A DNA stretch of 64,000 bases from Rhodosorus marinus CCMP1338 (lineage: Eukaryota; Plantae; Rhodophyta): contig JAMWBK010000002.1 in the NCBI GenBank assembly GCA_029953675.1, positions 372,001 through 436,000 on the forward strand, in the 5' to 3' direction. A program made the translations under genes and the position numbers. Under the pieces are notes generated by a model. The model saw nothing but the letters and a program-made list of their open reading frames with translations, searched no databases and had not been told where the DNA came from. This document shows positions 1 through 12,332 of the stretch, one piece after another; position 1 is the stretch's first letter; every line of letters starts with the position of its first letter.

Positions 1-3000
1 GCAGTTTTTAGAACCGATTTACAATCAGAGCAAGCAAATACTTACGGAAGACTCTGACAGCGGAGACTCTGTTCATAAAGCACATGGTCGAAATAATCTT
101 TTCTTACCCGGTGAAAGCTTCACCCCGATTCATCTCAGCCAGGCTTTTGTCGGTATCAATAAGGCTAAGTCTACCAGCCAGTGATGGGGTGAAAGCGATC
201 CACAGAACGTTGTTCGAGATGGATTTCACAAACCCCAATACCTTCTTCCCAGTCTCGATTCCTTTCCAGAACAGATCAGGGTTGTTTGTGGGCGAATCCT
301 TCCTCATGGACAACTCTACCACGTGCGCGTCTTCGTTACGAATTGACACAACCCTGGCAGACAGCATAGTGCCCACAGTTAGGCCTTTGAGAGGGGATTC
401 ATTCGAGGTTCCCGAGCTTCCCTGCTGGAGCGCTTCCGTGATATGAATTCTCCCGACTCCCGCCTTTCCAAATGCGAGATTCACCTGCAAAGGGTGGGCG
501 CCGCTTATCTTGCCGGATACTTGAGCTCCGAGCGCAAGTTCCTGCACTGGCCCGTCCGCACGGGCGCGGTTCTTCTCCGAAAGTGGCAGCTTCTCAATGT
601 CCATTATATGGTACAAACCACGAAGGCTCCCGCACGCCGTGGCCGACACTAGCATCCCAGGTCGTAGACGCGAGTGTCTCATCTCTGTCTCATTTAGATC
701 CCGGGACAAAGCGTGTGCGATCTGGTGCCCCATCTTGGGAACACTCAAAACTGCTATGTCTTCCTTCACCAGTTCGACGACAGCTTGGTAGACTTGCGAC
801 TTCTCCATAGTCCTCGGCCCTGCGTTTCCGGCGTCAACCAGCTGCGGTTTAAGGGAAACATCTGCAATCCCTCGTCCGATGTCATGATCCAGAACGACTA
901 GAGAAGCAGGGGTGCCTACTTGAACATCGCGATCACCAACCTGGGCTTGAACGGCGAAGACGACAACTGGTGATTCATCCGCAGCGGACGGAAACTCGAA
1001 GAACACCCCGCTGGTGGACTTGCTCTGGACCTTCGCTTCTACAACCGAGCCGACCATCAGCTTTTCATTGGACTGCGCCTTGGAGGCTGAATCAAGAGAC
1101 TTCGTGCTGGCCTCAACCTCCTGAACGTGTTCATACCGGCCGAAAAACTGTTGTACACGAATATTAACCCTGTCATTGGGAACTTCCATGTCGCTTTTCC
1201 TCATAGTTAGGCTAAGCCTATTTTCAGCAACGTTTAGTTCTTCCACCCGAACGTAGACTGTTTGACCGATGTATAAAAACTTCTGCATCTCTGGTACAAA
1301 CTCGTCCGAGAGACGGCTCTTTCGCACGAACCCAGTGGCCCCACCAGCGAACGCGACGATGGCGGCGTTAGGTGCCATTCTTATGACATAGCCGACCAGC
1401 TGCTCCGCCTTTAACGATTTAACATCAGCCAGAGACTGAGGCAAAACTTTGTCAGACCAGGCGGATATCAAGGACGGTTTCATTGTCAGGGTGGGAACGT
1501 CACTGCTTTCGCCTGTCTGTATGACCATCGCTCCTGCAACGAAAGAAACTCGTTTCTGAGCGCCTTGCGCAGAATTTACCATGACTTTAGGGCGTAGACG
1601 CCTACCTTCGAGCACCCCTGGTTCAGACTCGTCCTCCGGCTGCATAGATTTATAGTGCTCGAATAGGCGCTTCGAAAGGCTTTGCGTGTCCGCAAGATGC
1701 TCCAGGGGCAGCCAGCAATCCACTGACTCCTCTGAATTCGGAGTTTTGGCTGATATCGTCATGCCCTGCTCTGTAACCTCAGCTACTCGTCCAGTGACTA
1801 TCTGCCCAACAGACAATCGTGCAGAGCTCGCACTTGGGCTCGCGGAGTCGCTCGAAGTCTTTTTGAGGCTGAGAAGTAGACGCTTTTCACTTGGCACGCA
1901 ATTCTGAACTCGGGCTTTTAGGGTTCTTCCATCCGGAAACTGATCTTCGAGCTGGGAACTAGGACGTCGCGAGAAGAAACAAGGTTAGACTCTGACAAAG
2001 GTTGCCTCGTCAATTTGAGACACACTACCGTGCGCTTACGCTTTCTTAACCGGCTTTATTCCCAGCTCAGCGCTCGGTATCAGCCCTCTCACTTGGTTAC
2101 CAAAGCCAACGAGCACCCCGTTGGCGGGTGTCCTCGCGATTACGAAGCCAACGCAGTACTGCGAAATGTTAGACTTTGCCTGCTCATAGCTTGTGGGGAA
2201 CGGCAGCTCAGCCCGCACAATTGACCTGGAAAGTAGTGCAAAAGGGAAGATGACTTATGATAAGAGTTTGAAGAAGGGTAGGGAGGTCTGTCCGGAAGAA
2301 AAACGACTGACTTTTTTGCGGTCAGCGACACTCTCCGCCTGGACGGGTCCACCGAAATGATCCGGCACGGAATCTTAGCACCCGGAGCGAACTTCTCTTT
2401 GGCCCTTTTTACCATACGGACGTCAGACAAATGCTCTGGAGATATTAGCCCATCAAAAGCATCGTCGATTCGAACAAGACATCCCTCGCTGTTTGCATCC
2501 AAAACAAAGAGAAGCACAGTGAACATGTAAACAGTGAGACTAAGCGAGCGCGGCAGTGGGCAAGAAAACTCGTCAGGTTCGTATTGTACCTGGTCAACTT
2601 TACCACGACGGCTGTGGTTATGGCTCCCGAGCCAATGTCTTCATATCGGAGGGCGACTCGCTTCAGAACGCTTTCCTGGAGACTCACATTCACAACCCCA
2701 TCGACTGTTGCATGTCCCAGCACCCGACAACGAGCTGTCTGGCCTACTCTATACAGCTTCGCAATGTTTTCCACTCTGGCATCGGACACACGCGAAATAT
2801 GCGCGAAGAGCAACATCTCTGGAGCGCTACTTCTCTGCAAAACCAGCGGCAGGTAACTAGACTTAGTTATTGGATACGTGTAGCCATGGAATAACAGCAA
2901 CTTGAACCTAATTTCTGGGAGAAAAAGCACAACAACGTACCACTAAATAGAGCCCGTGGTCGGGTATAACTCTTTGAACAATCGCGTCCTCAAATATTGA

Positions 3001-4435
3001 CCCTACTGCAAAACTCTCATCGATAAATGGTGGCGACAATGTGCTCACGAGAGACTCGTCAAGCGATAGCGCGACTCTTTTCAGGCTGACATCAACGTAA
3101 ATCACCCTAGCCTGCACCTTCTTGCCGACCTTGAGCTCGCTCTTATCGATACTTGGACTGAAATGAACCCCATCGACGCTTCCGTTGAATATGGACATGA
3201 AAGACATCGCCAAGCCATCGCTCTTACATTTCGTGATAGATCCTTTGACCAGAGCGCCTGCTCGAATGTTGGAAAGGGCCATCCCTTCGTGAACATCTGT
3301 GAGCGCATTGATGGTCGCTTCTTTCAACGCGGATACGCGAACTGAGCGCTTTCTCTTTCCGGAGGGAATGCTCTCATCGACAATGCACCAGAGGGGGGCG
3401 CCAATATGCAGTTTGTCTCCATTTTCGCACTTTTCGAACGCTAGGAAGGCAGTGAACGGTACGTGACCTCCAAGACTAACCACGTACCTGTGACATGGCA
3501 GAAATCCTTCAGTTAGATACTGCGAACAACGCTTACGAAGGGAAGACACGGTGAGACAGAGACAAGTCCGCTCTCAAGAAAAAGTCGATACGATCGATAC
3601 GTCCAGCAATGCAATGAGAGAAGATGCGCACCCATGCTCCTCCTTGCTCTTGACACATCCAAATAGTTGAAATCCTCTTGTTAGTTGAGGCCAGGAGAGG
3701 CCCCTGTTCAAAACTTTCAGATCTAGCGTGAGCTCAGTTCGTTTTCTCCCTGTTTTCGATTTGCCGATGTTTGCTACTGCAACTGGAATGACATCTCCAA
3801 CAGACAGGACACCAGCTAGCGGTCTAGTACCGACCTCTCCTACTCGACAACAGATTAAAGAGGTCATCAATGAGCGGCTAGCATCAAGGCCGATGTTTCC
3901 TCTGGGCGAAGGATCAGTGTTAAGCCTACCGGGGTCAGGCAAATCGATCAGTGAGTCTGAGGGGAAGCCTTCGTCTTCAATCATGAGGTCATCAGATTTC
4001 AGGTATCCAACAAGGTTGAACGGAAGCGACACTTCAATCGAATTGCGTCGAACAGACTTTACAACTCCAAGCATCAGCACCCCTTCTGAGAGTTGGGATA
4101 TTGTTCCTCTGAAAATCCTTCCCCTGGAAATGTCGTCAGCTTCGTCCTCTGCTGAAGATTTTCTCTTCTTTTTGGTCGATTTCTTCTGGTTTCCAGCTCG
4201 ATCGCTTTCCTTTCGTTTCCTGGCACGTCGTGAAGCAATCGTCGAACAAATTCGAAGATCAGAAATGAAGGCACAAACGCGCAGGTAGCACCAGAGGGGA
4301 GCCTCACCTTGTATCACTGAATATATTCTCGTCTCTCCCTCGCCTCTTTTTAACCGCGCTCCCACCGCGAGCCAAAGCTCCATGGTCACTTCCGCCACGC
4401 GGCAGAAGACCAACCGCTGAATCCTCCTTCCCCAT
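1..4435 (-). CDS. RRP5: rRNA biogenesis protein RRP5 (tandem S1 domains), multi-exon, 3' end runs off the left edge
   Basis: ATG at 4435 gives MGKEDSAVGLLPRGG (RRP5 N-terminal (F/L)PRGG motif). ORFs 3574-4413, 2908-3549, 2445-2930, 2140-2526, 2036-2218 and 104-1897 hold successive S1-like repeats (e.g. LVGYVIRMAPNAAIVAFAGGATGFVRKSRLSDEF, GKKVLGFVKSISNNVLWIAF), separated by short GT-AG introns. The C-terminal HAT repeats are not in the window. Confidence 0.9.
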
Positions 4436-5404
4436 TTTCTTCACGTAGTACCTCTCAGTATTCAAGCTTCTGCACCATGATTAACGATTACTCGAAAATT
4501 TCTGTCTCCAAAGAAGCTCTCAATACGACAGAAACTTTCCCAAACAAGTCATCGAACTCTGCCACTCTTCTTCCCGTTGGTTCTTCACCCCAAACTCAAA
4601 CGCGGCTGGATGACTCTTACAAGTCAATTTCGGTACTGGACATTCCCCCGAAAATACCTATTATTTAATTTTTAGTACTTTTTCTGACGTCAAGTGAATC
4701 CGTAAAATACGTTTACACGTCTCCCCTCTCCGTTCCCACGGTCCACGGCAATCCATTCCGGTCGTTGATTGGTCAACGAGAAAACCTTTTGGATTGAAAT
4801 CTAGGGTTTTTGATTGATGAGTATAGGTAAATGGAAGCAATAAAATTGTGTAATACAGTAATTAACGGTATAAATGCTTCAAATAAATTTAATTCTTTGC
4901 TTAAATATATTGAATACGTTCAAAATACTTAACGCGTGGATCGAGCTTGAGGAGATTGAGTAGACACTCCGCTCGGACCCACTTTCGGTGCGGTCGGAGG
5001 GTTGGGCTACTCCCCTGAATTCCAAACCTTACTGGTCTATGATACTTGGCTAGTTGAGCCATCTGATCTCGAAACCCGCTGACCTGCTCATCAGTACAGC
5101 TTTCAGCTACAGAGAAGCTTGCTTCCTAGACGACCCTCTTTGGGCATCTGTTCAAGCTCAAGAGGACTTTTGAATCTCTTGCGTCTTAACCTGGAGCAGT
5201 CTAGACGATGGTGAGCTTCTGGGTCTTTGTCCAAAGGTCCTGGTCGTTTACTCTACAAGAAGTTCAAGGCACTGAGCGTGATGTCAGGGATTTATGAACT
5301 GCCTAATCTGAACATGTTGATGGTTGCATGTTTGCATTTAAATAAGAAAGTGAAAAGGTCGCCCATTGAGCTCCGCCTCCATGGTCGGTCCATTAATTAT
5401 TCGC

Positions 5405-7327
5405 TCAGGGAGTCTTGTTCAGGGGCTTGTATTTCCTCCGAGCTTGGACGCTTATGGTCTGATTCTCCGGAAGGATCAAAGCAGTCAGCCAACCACCGTG
5501 TACGCATGCTGAATCCAAGCCAATCGCGTTCTTGTGCCTATTGTGTGTTTCATTGCCGAAAGGCTTGAGACTCCGTTCATGCAAGCAACACGTTTCGTGG
5601 ACTGGAGAAAGTCTTGCGTTCCCTACCTTTGTAACCCGCGGGACGCGTCGTGGCCAAATATAACAGTTTCTGGTCCCTCCCATGACTTGGCCCAACTCTC
5701 CAGCCCTTTCCGAGTCGTTGGTCTCCCGTTGCCGGAGAGGGAACGCATGTTCATAAGCATGAACGGCCGTTGACGCGAAAGAGCTAGTCCTGATTCAATT
5801 CCTAGAAAGAGCAATTTATGACCTTAGTGAAATCTTCTACAGTCGTGAGGAGTGCCGAGATTAGGAGCAATTGCGCAGCTAACCGGCATGAACAAATATC
5901 ATTTTCATGTCCGGGTACGTGATCAACCACGGATTCCCAACCAGCCATTTGTAGTCAGCCTCCGGCATTGACTCAGCGATCTTCTGGTGCTCCGGCGGAA
6001 TATCCTCAGCAGCCCGCACCCCTTGCGCGGCTGCTGATCGCCACGAAATGACTGCGCATTGAATGAAACCCGGAACTTTTTAAAGGGTTGTCTGGCACAC
6101 GGGGACACAGGAGCAATCTCCTGCCCATCTCGAGTCGCAATAAATACCTTTGTGATCGTGGTTTCCCCGGCATGACTTAGCCTTAATTTCTCTAGCCAAC
6201 TGTACTACTTCCAATGAAGCTGGACCCTTCGCCACGAGGTCCCCTAAAAAAATAACTTGATCTCCAGGAGCATAATTTACATTCCTCAGAAGTCGTTCTA
6301 GTTCGTCAATACAACCTTTTTGCCGCAGACGAAGCAGGTAGCACTTCATACGTTAGGCACGAAATAGTATGATGGGTACAAGCGCAATCTCCCTACCATG
6401 AACATCGCCTATGACGATAACTCGACTTCGATGTTCGGGGCGACTCGAGAAGGAACTAATTAGTTTCTGATCCGATTCGTTAGTGTTCAAAATTCTACGC
6501 CAGGGAAATAATGCAAATTTCAGCTCATGATGGAAATTACTAGGCTAGAAGCTCTATGTGGTAACAGTACCTCCACTTCTTGCTGGTTTCAATCCATTCT
6601 GCGAGCTTTCCCGTAGTGCGTGGATCGCAACAGTGTTTCGCGGTTGGGGTGTCCGGTCGTACAGTAAAGAACCTGGATGGGTCAGATGAGACGGAGGGTC
6701 AGTCAGCAGTTCATTCGCCCTCTCCGATTCCCGTCAAAGTCTTTCCCCTGACGAACCTGAGTTCCGCAGCTGCAATTGGAGGATCCCCCTTCCAGCCACG
6801 CCTTCCAAGGTAGAGGTGCTTCGTCTTCGGCTGAACAACGAACTGTGAATTGACCGAGCAAACGCTGCTGTTCAGGACCAAATGTCGGTGTACACAATAT
6901 TCATAGGAACACATAGGCTCAGCTTTTTCTCAACAACCAAGAATGGACTTACAGATTTGAGCGCTCTGGGCTGCATCAGAGCGGCTGCGAGTACACTTGC
7001 GGAATTTGCGCCAGAGTCATCCCGTGTTCGCCGCTCCTCACTATTCCGCGGTCGCTCTAGTTTATCAAGTACTACGAACAAATCCGGCGTTACATCTCGA
7101 TCGGGATTCAAATCCGCGTCGTTCGCCTTAGCACCAATTTTACCATTCCCAACAGCTGCATTCCCATCGCCGTCAGCCCATATCCGTCTCTTCCTACCCC
7201 TCCAAAAAACCACCCCCTTCGGCACCGCGATCCTCATCCGCCGAGGCCGGCGGCCACCCCTCCCTCTACCTTTCAACCCATTCGCACGACAAGAGACAGC
7301 AGCGAAGGCAGACAATCCCACCTCCAT
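5405..7327 (-). CDS. Calcineurin-like metallophosphoesterase (ApaH / yeast Ppn2-like) with long N-terminal extension; 5' exon structure uncertain
   Basis: Exons carry the family motifs in order: RVIVIGDVHG (~6400), VIFLGDLVAKGP and RGNHD (ORF 6080-6349), IFVHAG (~5885), VIFGHDASRGLQ (5623-5814), and AIGLDSACVHGGWLTAL ending at stop 5405. Putative first exon from ATG 7327 (MEVGLSAFAAVSCRANG..., basic, transit-like). The join of 6550-6950 was not resolved. Confidence 0.8.
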
Positions 7328-7879
7328 CAAACTCCCCTTCCCCCTCCCAAAAAAACAGCACACCACCCCCTCAAATACCTCCACCCCAACACCAACCCTC
7401 CAAGCCAACCATTAAACCCACTCCTCCCCCTCCTTCTAAACACATTCAACCCTTTAAATAAATACAATCCCAAAAACACCTTCCTACCCTCCCTCCTACA
7501 AAACCTAAAACCTGCCACAAACTCTCCCTCACCGTTATATACCTTCCTCCTCCTCCTCCCGCCCAAACATCAAACAGCAAAACCCCACTCCAGATACAAT
7601 CCCAGATATAATATGTCCATTCGAAACGCTCTCCTTCCTCAAAAACCTCTGAAACCGGCCTCAAATTTCAGACATCAATCCGTCCTCTTTCCTCCTCCGT
7701 CCCGTTCGATACAAAAAAATAAAACAAAAGGGGGAAAACCCATGCAATCGACATATAATTTGGAGTAAAAAAATTGATCGCCGGGATTGTACTAATATTT
7801 AGTACAGATACTAAAAGGATTTTTGGGTTTTTTTTATTTTTATGGTTGGTACCACTCTTGAGCGGGAGGCGTACCGGAA

Positions 7880-8870
7880 GAGGGTTGGGTCAACCCAGTC
7901 GGTTAGAGGCCTGATCGAGTGGTACGAGGAGCAGTTCGACACAATCGAGGAGGTATAAGGTGTGTTGTTGGGAGATGGCGAGAAGGTTGGAATCCTCAGG
8001 TCGGGGATAGGAGCTCAGAGTTCACGTCTGTAGGACTCTGAGCGAGAACCCAGACCTGAGAACGAGGGACCTGACCACGGATATCATGAACTACGATGAG
8101 ATGTCCGGAACAGCCGAAAAAGTTTCGGATCAGCTGTCGCAGCTCGAAGGAACAACGAAAGTCCCAGCGGAAGCCGGAAAGCAAGACCCTTCGAAACTGA
8201 ACGTGCGACCGGCAACACGACGGACACGACCACAAGGATTGCCCGAAAAAGGAGACCTGTCTGAATTTTCAAGCAGGAAGGGCACCTGATCAAAGACTGA
8301 AGGGACAGAGAAGTGCTGGAGAGGAGGAGACGAAATACAGCGCGGCAGTGAGGAGGTCAACAGTGGATGACACCCTCGTTATGGACTCGGGGCCATCAAA
8401 GCATATGGTTCTCGACATTAACTACTTTGAGACGCTGGAGGAACCGGACCCGGTACGCTCACGTTTGCTAACGGGAACTCGGCAGTCGCGACGCAGAGGG
8501 GGGAGCTGGTGACGGTGCCACCGGATGGGCAGGAGATAGCTTCGGAGAAGTTCACCATCTAAAGTCCTCGGAGATGAACCTGATTTCCATGCGAAAAGTC
8601 TTAGGAATGAGTATAGTTTGATCGGAAATCACCAAAAGCTAGCTTTCGGTACAGAGAACGAAGACTTACAGAGGCAGCAAAAGAAAGGTGTGGATTTTGA
8701 AGGCGAGGCGTGCACTTCAGGGAAAATGAGAAGAGGATCCCTCACAGGTCATCAAAGGAAAAGCACGACACCGTGTGAGATATGTCCTTCAGATGTATGT
8801 GGACCCTTGCCCGCCGGGTTGAATCAGGAACGGTTCATCGCCTCATTCATGGAAGAGTCGCGTTCATAAT
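7880..8870 (+). mobile_element. Decayed Ty1/copia LTR retrotransposon fragment (gag-protease-integrase; no RT seen)
   Basis: Protease motif VMDSGPSKHMV (GAC at 8384) followed by TFANG. Decayed zinc knuckle (KQEGHLIKD) near 8270-8300. Pre-integrase (E)ACTSGKMRR and integrase DVCGPLP at ~8700-8830. Order gag-PR-INT is copia-type. Multiple stops and frameshifts. Confidence 0.8.
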
Positions 8871-9867
8871 CCACTCCGTCCTTTCGTAACCTCTGCTGTG
8901 CCTTTTAACCTGGTGCACGAGGAGCTTGTGTGCTGCGAACTCCTGTATGGCATTCACGACACAATCCCTTGGTAGCGTCTCAGACACTATGACCTTCACG
9001 TTTAGCTAGGACATTGAGTCCTTCACGTATGCCGTGAATTTCTCGTGCTCTGGAACGAGCCTCGAGAAGCCCACCGGTGAAGAAGTTCCTCTTCTCTTCT
9101 GTGCCCTAGGCTCGCGATGCGCATCGATATAATGAATTTCCTTTGAATAATCCACTCTTTTTTTTCCAAGCACGGCGTATTTTTATTCATAATACGAATA
9201 GAGTTCGGTATCCTCAATTTTAGTTATAATAAATGCTCAAGCATTTCACGACATTGGATACTTTTGTCATAAAAAGTCTGAAAAAAACCGTCAACAGTAT
9301 ATGGAATAGATGAAGTATTTTCACGTATACTCCACAGAAAATATTTTAAAAACATGTCTGATTATCGGTTGTTTATAAGACAGATTTTTCAAAGAGTTTC
9401 ATTCAGATACCCCTTCAATTTATTTGTTTATTCTATATATATGTCGTACTAATATTTGTACAAAAACACACTTTATTGGACGAAACATGACAACCCTACT
9501 TTGAATAGCGATGATGCCATATCTGCCAAACCGCCGCAACGCCCCATATCGCCGCATTTCATGTGCTTCAGAATTGAGGAGCACCTCCCCTTAGTTTTTT
9601 TTCAAATATTGAATTGGGCCATATCATCAGAACACTAAGAGCTATTGTCTTGGTACCATGTTAATTGAGCTTGAATTCATGTTTTTTTGGTTTGGGAATC
9701 TTTAAAAGAGACGGTTTGCAGGGAAAGGGTTGCGGCGGGAAGGGGCATGTGGGGCGGATGCCGCAAGGTTGGGTGAGCAGGTGGCTGATGAGGAGAGTTG
9801 AGGGAATTTAAGCGGGCGAAGGAGGGGACTGGTTCCCGTTGCTGAGGAGGAATTGTTTGCAGAATCA

Positions 9868-10397
9868 ATGAAGGTCAGTCACGAGGTATGGGATCAATTT
9901 GATGTGTCCTGGGTTGAGGACAAACACAAGAAGAAGAGGAGGGTCGCGCGATGTTGGACTTGTTCCTACAAGGAAGCGAAGCCGGACAGGCTGAGGAAAC
10001 ACCTCAAAACGTGTCAAGGACGTAGGACCACTGAGGGGTCTGGCAGCATGACTGCTGGAACAAGCGCCATCGTGAAGGATTCTGGGACTCCGAAACCATC
10101 CAAAACCACTCAGTCTGGCGATAAGATCACGAACTATTCACGGCCAAGGCTTACGGAGGCGAAGCGGAGAGAGTTTGACCAACACTTCGTTCGCTTCCTG
10201 ATTGAAACGTTTTCATCCGTTAGAGCGGGTGAGAACGTACACTTGCGCTGGTAGGAGCGCGAGCATTCATATCGTTGCTTGAGTTTACATCCTGCTAATA
10301 CATATCGTTCACTATCCCTAGGATTCTCAATCAAGGCGGCTACACCCCGCCATCTAGAGAACGAATCCAGGAGTTGATAGAGGAGGAGTACAAATGA
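9868..10397 (+). mobile_element. Truncated hAT-family transposase (BED zinc finger plus N-terminal region), with one intron
   Basis: MKVSHEVWDQF...ARCWTC...LRKHLKTC fits zf-BED. GT-AG intron 10251-10321 restores LRW-ILNQGGYTPPSRERIQELIEEEYK, the hAT GY.PPsR motif. Stop at 10397 comes before any DDE catalytic domain. Confidence 0.75.
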
Positions 10398-11159
10398 TTC
10401 AAGTATACAACACAGCAACTAAAACGAGGCTAGTACGAAATAGTTGCTTGCGGCGTCTAGTACAATGTACTAAAATTGCTGCCTAATCTGATGAGATTAG
10501 TCCGAAGCTACTTCCACCGGCTTTGGGACCTGTGTACTAGTATTTGTACTGCGTAGTAAGAGTACTAGGACAATTTACCCCCGAAAAATAGTATTGGCAT
10601 TCATATAGTGTAAGCGAATGGTAGATCGACACATGAGAATATACCGTATGAAAAGCAATCAAGTATTGACACGTGGGTATCTTATTTTCCCTTCCTTTAT
10701 TGGCCAACGATCTTCAGTGCAGGCGTGGAGTTTTTTTTCGTTCCTACGTGAAAACGGAGTTCAGCTGAAACGGTGCTGGATGGTTTGATTGTCATCTAGG
10801 GCCATAATATTATCAATCATTAAAGATGGTAGGATCATAATTTGGTACTTGCAGTTCTAATAAATATTATTATGGAAATAAATATCGCGAAGTTGGCATT
10901 AATTACATGAGAATATTGATTGAGTCGTATTGGGGGTTAGCTTTTTGATGGTGACAAGTAATGAAATGTCAGAAGGTGAGGTTTGGCCTCGGCTTCGGCT
11001 TCAGCAGGGTATGTTAATGGGTTGGGGTTGTTGGGTTGGGATTGATGAAAGGCATGGACGTTGGTAGACTTTGCTTTGCTAGCGGCAAACGAATTTTGGT
11101 TTTAGGAAGCTTTTGACTGAAGATCAGTTGGTTGATATTGTAGTTCTGGTAGAGGAGCG

Positions 11160-12003
11160 ATGGCTTTCGTTTCTGGTTTTAGTTTGGGCACTGGACTCGG
11201 CAGCGCACGGCTGAGCAAGCACGTGTGTGAGCGACCAGTTCGCTGGGGGCGCTGCGCGGTGTCGATGGCGACGTAAGTAATTCTCTTCCCTGGAATCCTT
11301 TGCGGAGGATGTTGTTGGAGGCGAGGATCCTGACGTCCTTTGGCTCCGCGTTCATCTTCGTTTCTTCACCAGGTCCAAGTTTCAACCAGGTAAAATGCCT
11401 AAGGAGAAGGTCAAGCTCGACCCGGAAGAAGTGTTCGTGGACGTTGCCCCAACGCCGTTCGAAATTTTGATTCCGTTCCTATCCCTCCCGACGATTATTG
11501 GGATAATTCCATTCATTGCCGCAGTCGCAAGGCAGCTCTGGGTCCGTTACAAGATAACGTCTAGGAGAATCTCGGTTTCCAGTGGTTTCCAGGTATGTGA
11601 AGACAGCACTATCCTTGTTGGAATGTGCTCACTTACAAAGCGGATTGAGCCGACTGATGAACTTTGCTCGTGCTTCGATACCGAAACAGGGTCAGAACAC
11701 AGTGGAAATAGTTTATGCTGACGTTGATAGGGTTCGCTATGTGCGAAGACTGCTTGGAGAGAGCGGTGACATGGTTTTGGAACTCCGCGATGGTGCAAAA
11801 CTGGAGATGCGGGTAAGTAGAATTGAGCTTTTTAAGCCATGTCGGCTGTCTCCTGTTTCCTGAGACCCATTGTGCTGATACTCCTGCAACCTTGTGAACA
11901 CTTTCAGGCGGTTCCCGAATTCCAAAGAATCTATGATTACATCATGTCCAAGGTTGACGCGGATACCCGCGAAAGGAGTGGGTTTGGTAAGGGCAAGGAA
12001 TAG
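11160..12003 (+). CDS. Plastid-targeted cyanobacterial-type PH domain protein (bPH_2/DUF304-like)
   Basis: ATG 11160 gives transit peptide MAFVSGFSLGTGLGS..., intron from 11274. Spliced core: ...VARQLWVRYKITSRRISVSSGFQGQNTVEIVYADV...GDMVLELRDGAKLEMRAVPEFQRIYDYI, resembling the cyanobacterial PH-domain family. Stop 12001-12003. Confidence 0.8.
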
Positions 12004-12332
12004 TAAGTTATTCCTTGTGATTTTGGATTCGTCGCAAAGCAGTTGCTGATCTGCCGTACGTCGGGATTCTTGTAAGATAATCTTTCAAAAACTTGAAAAC
12101 TAAAGGGTTGAGAAACAAAAGGAAGAATAACACACCGGGAATATCGGACTAAGCCACTTGGTTCAAGACGGAATTCAGCAAGTACAATTGTCAGCCTGAG
12201 CCACGGTCACGATCGGTTTACGCCTATTGGGTGAGAGTTCTACACCTACTTCAGAACTTGCAAAGTTTGAATAGAACTGGTCATTTAGCCTACACAGCTT
12301 ACACCAAACCACGAACTCAAATTTTTGTGTCT

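Noticed and set aside
84-4288. Plus-strand ORFs such as 84-446, 2534-2860 and 3728-4288
   Set aside because: Antisense shadows of RRP5 exons with no independent motifs.
4685-4692. TGACGTCA (CRE-like) palindrome, also at 52110-52117 and ~16073
   Set aside because: Three copies of an 8-mer in 64 kb, one inside a gene, is too close to chance to support a regulatory call.
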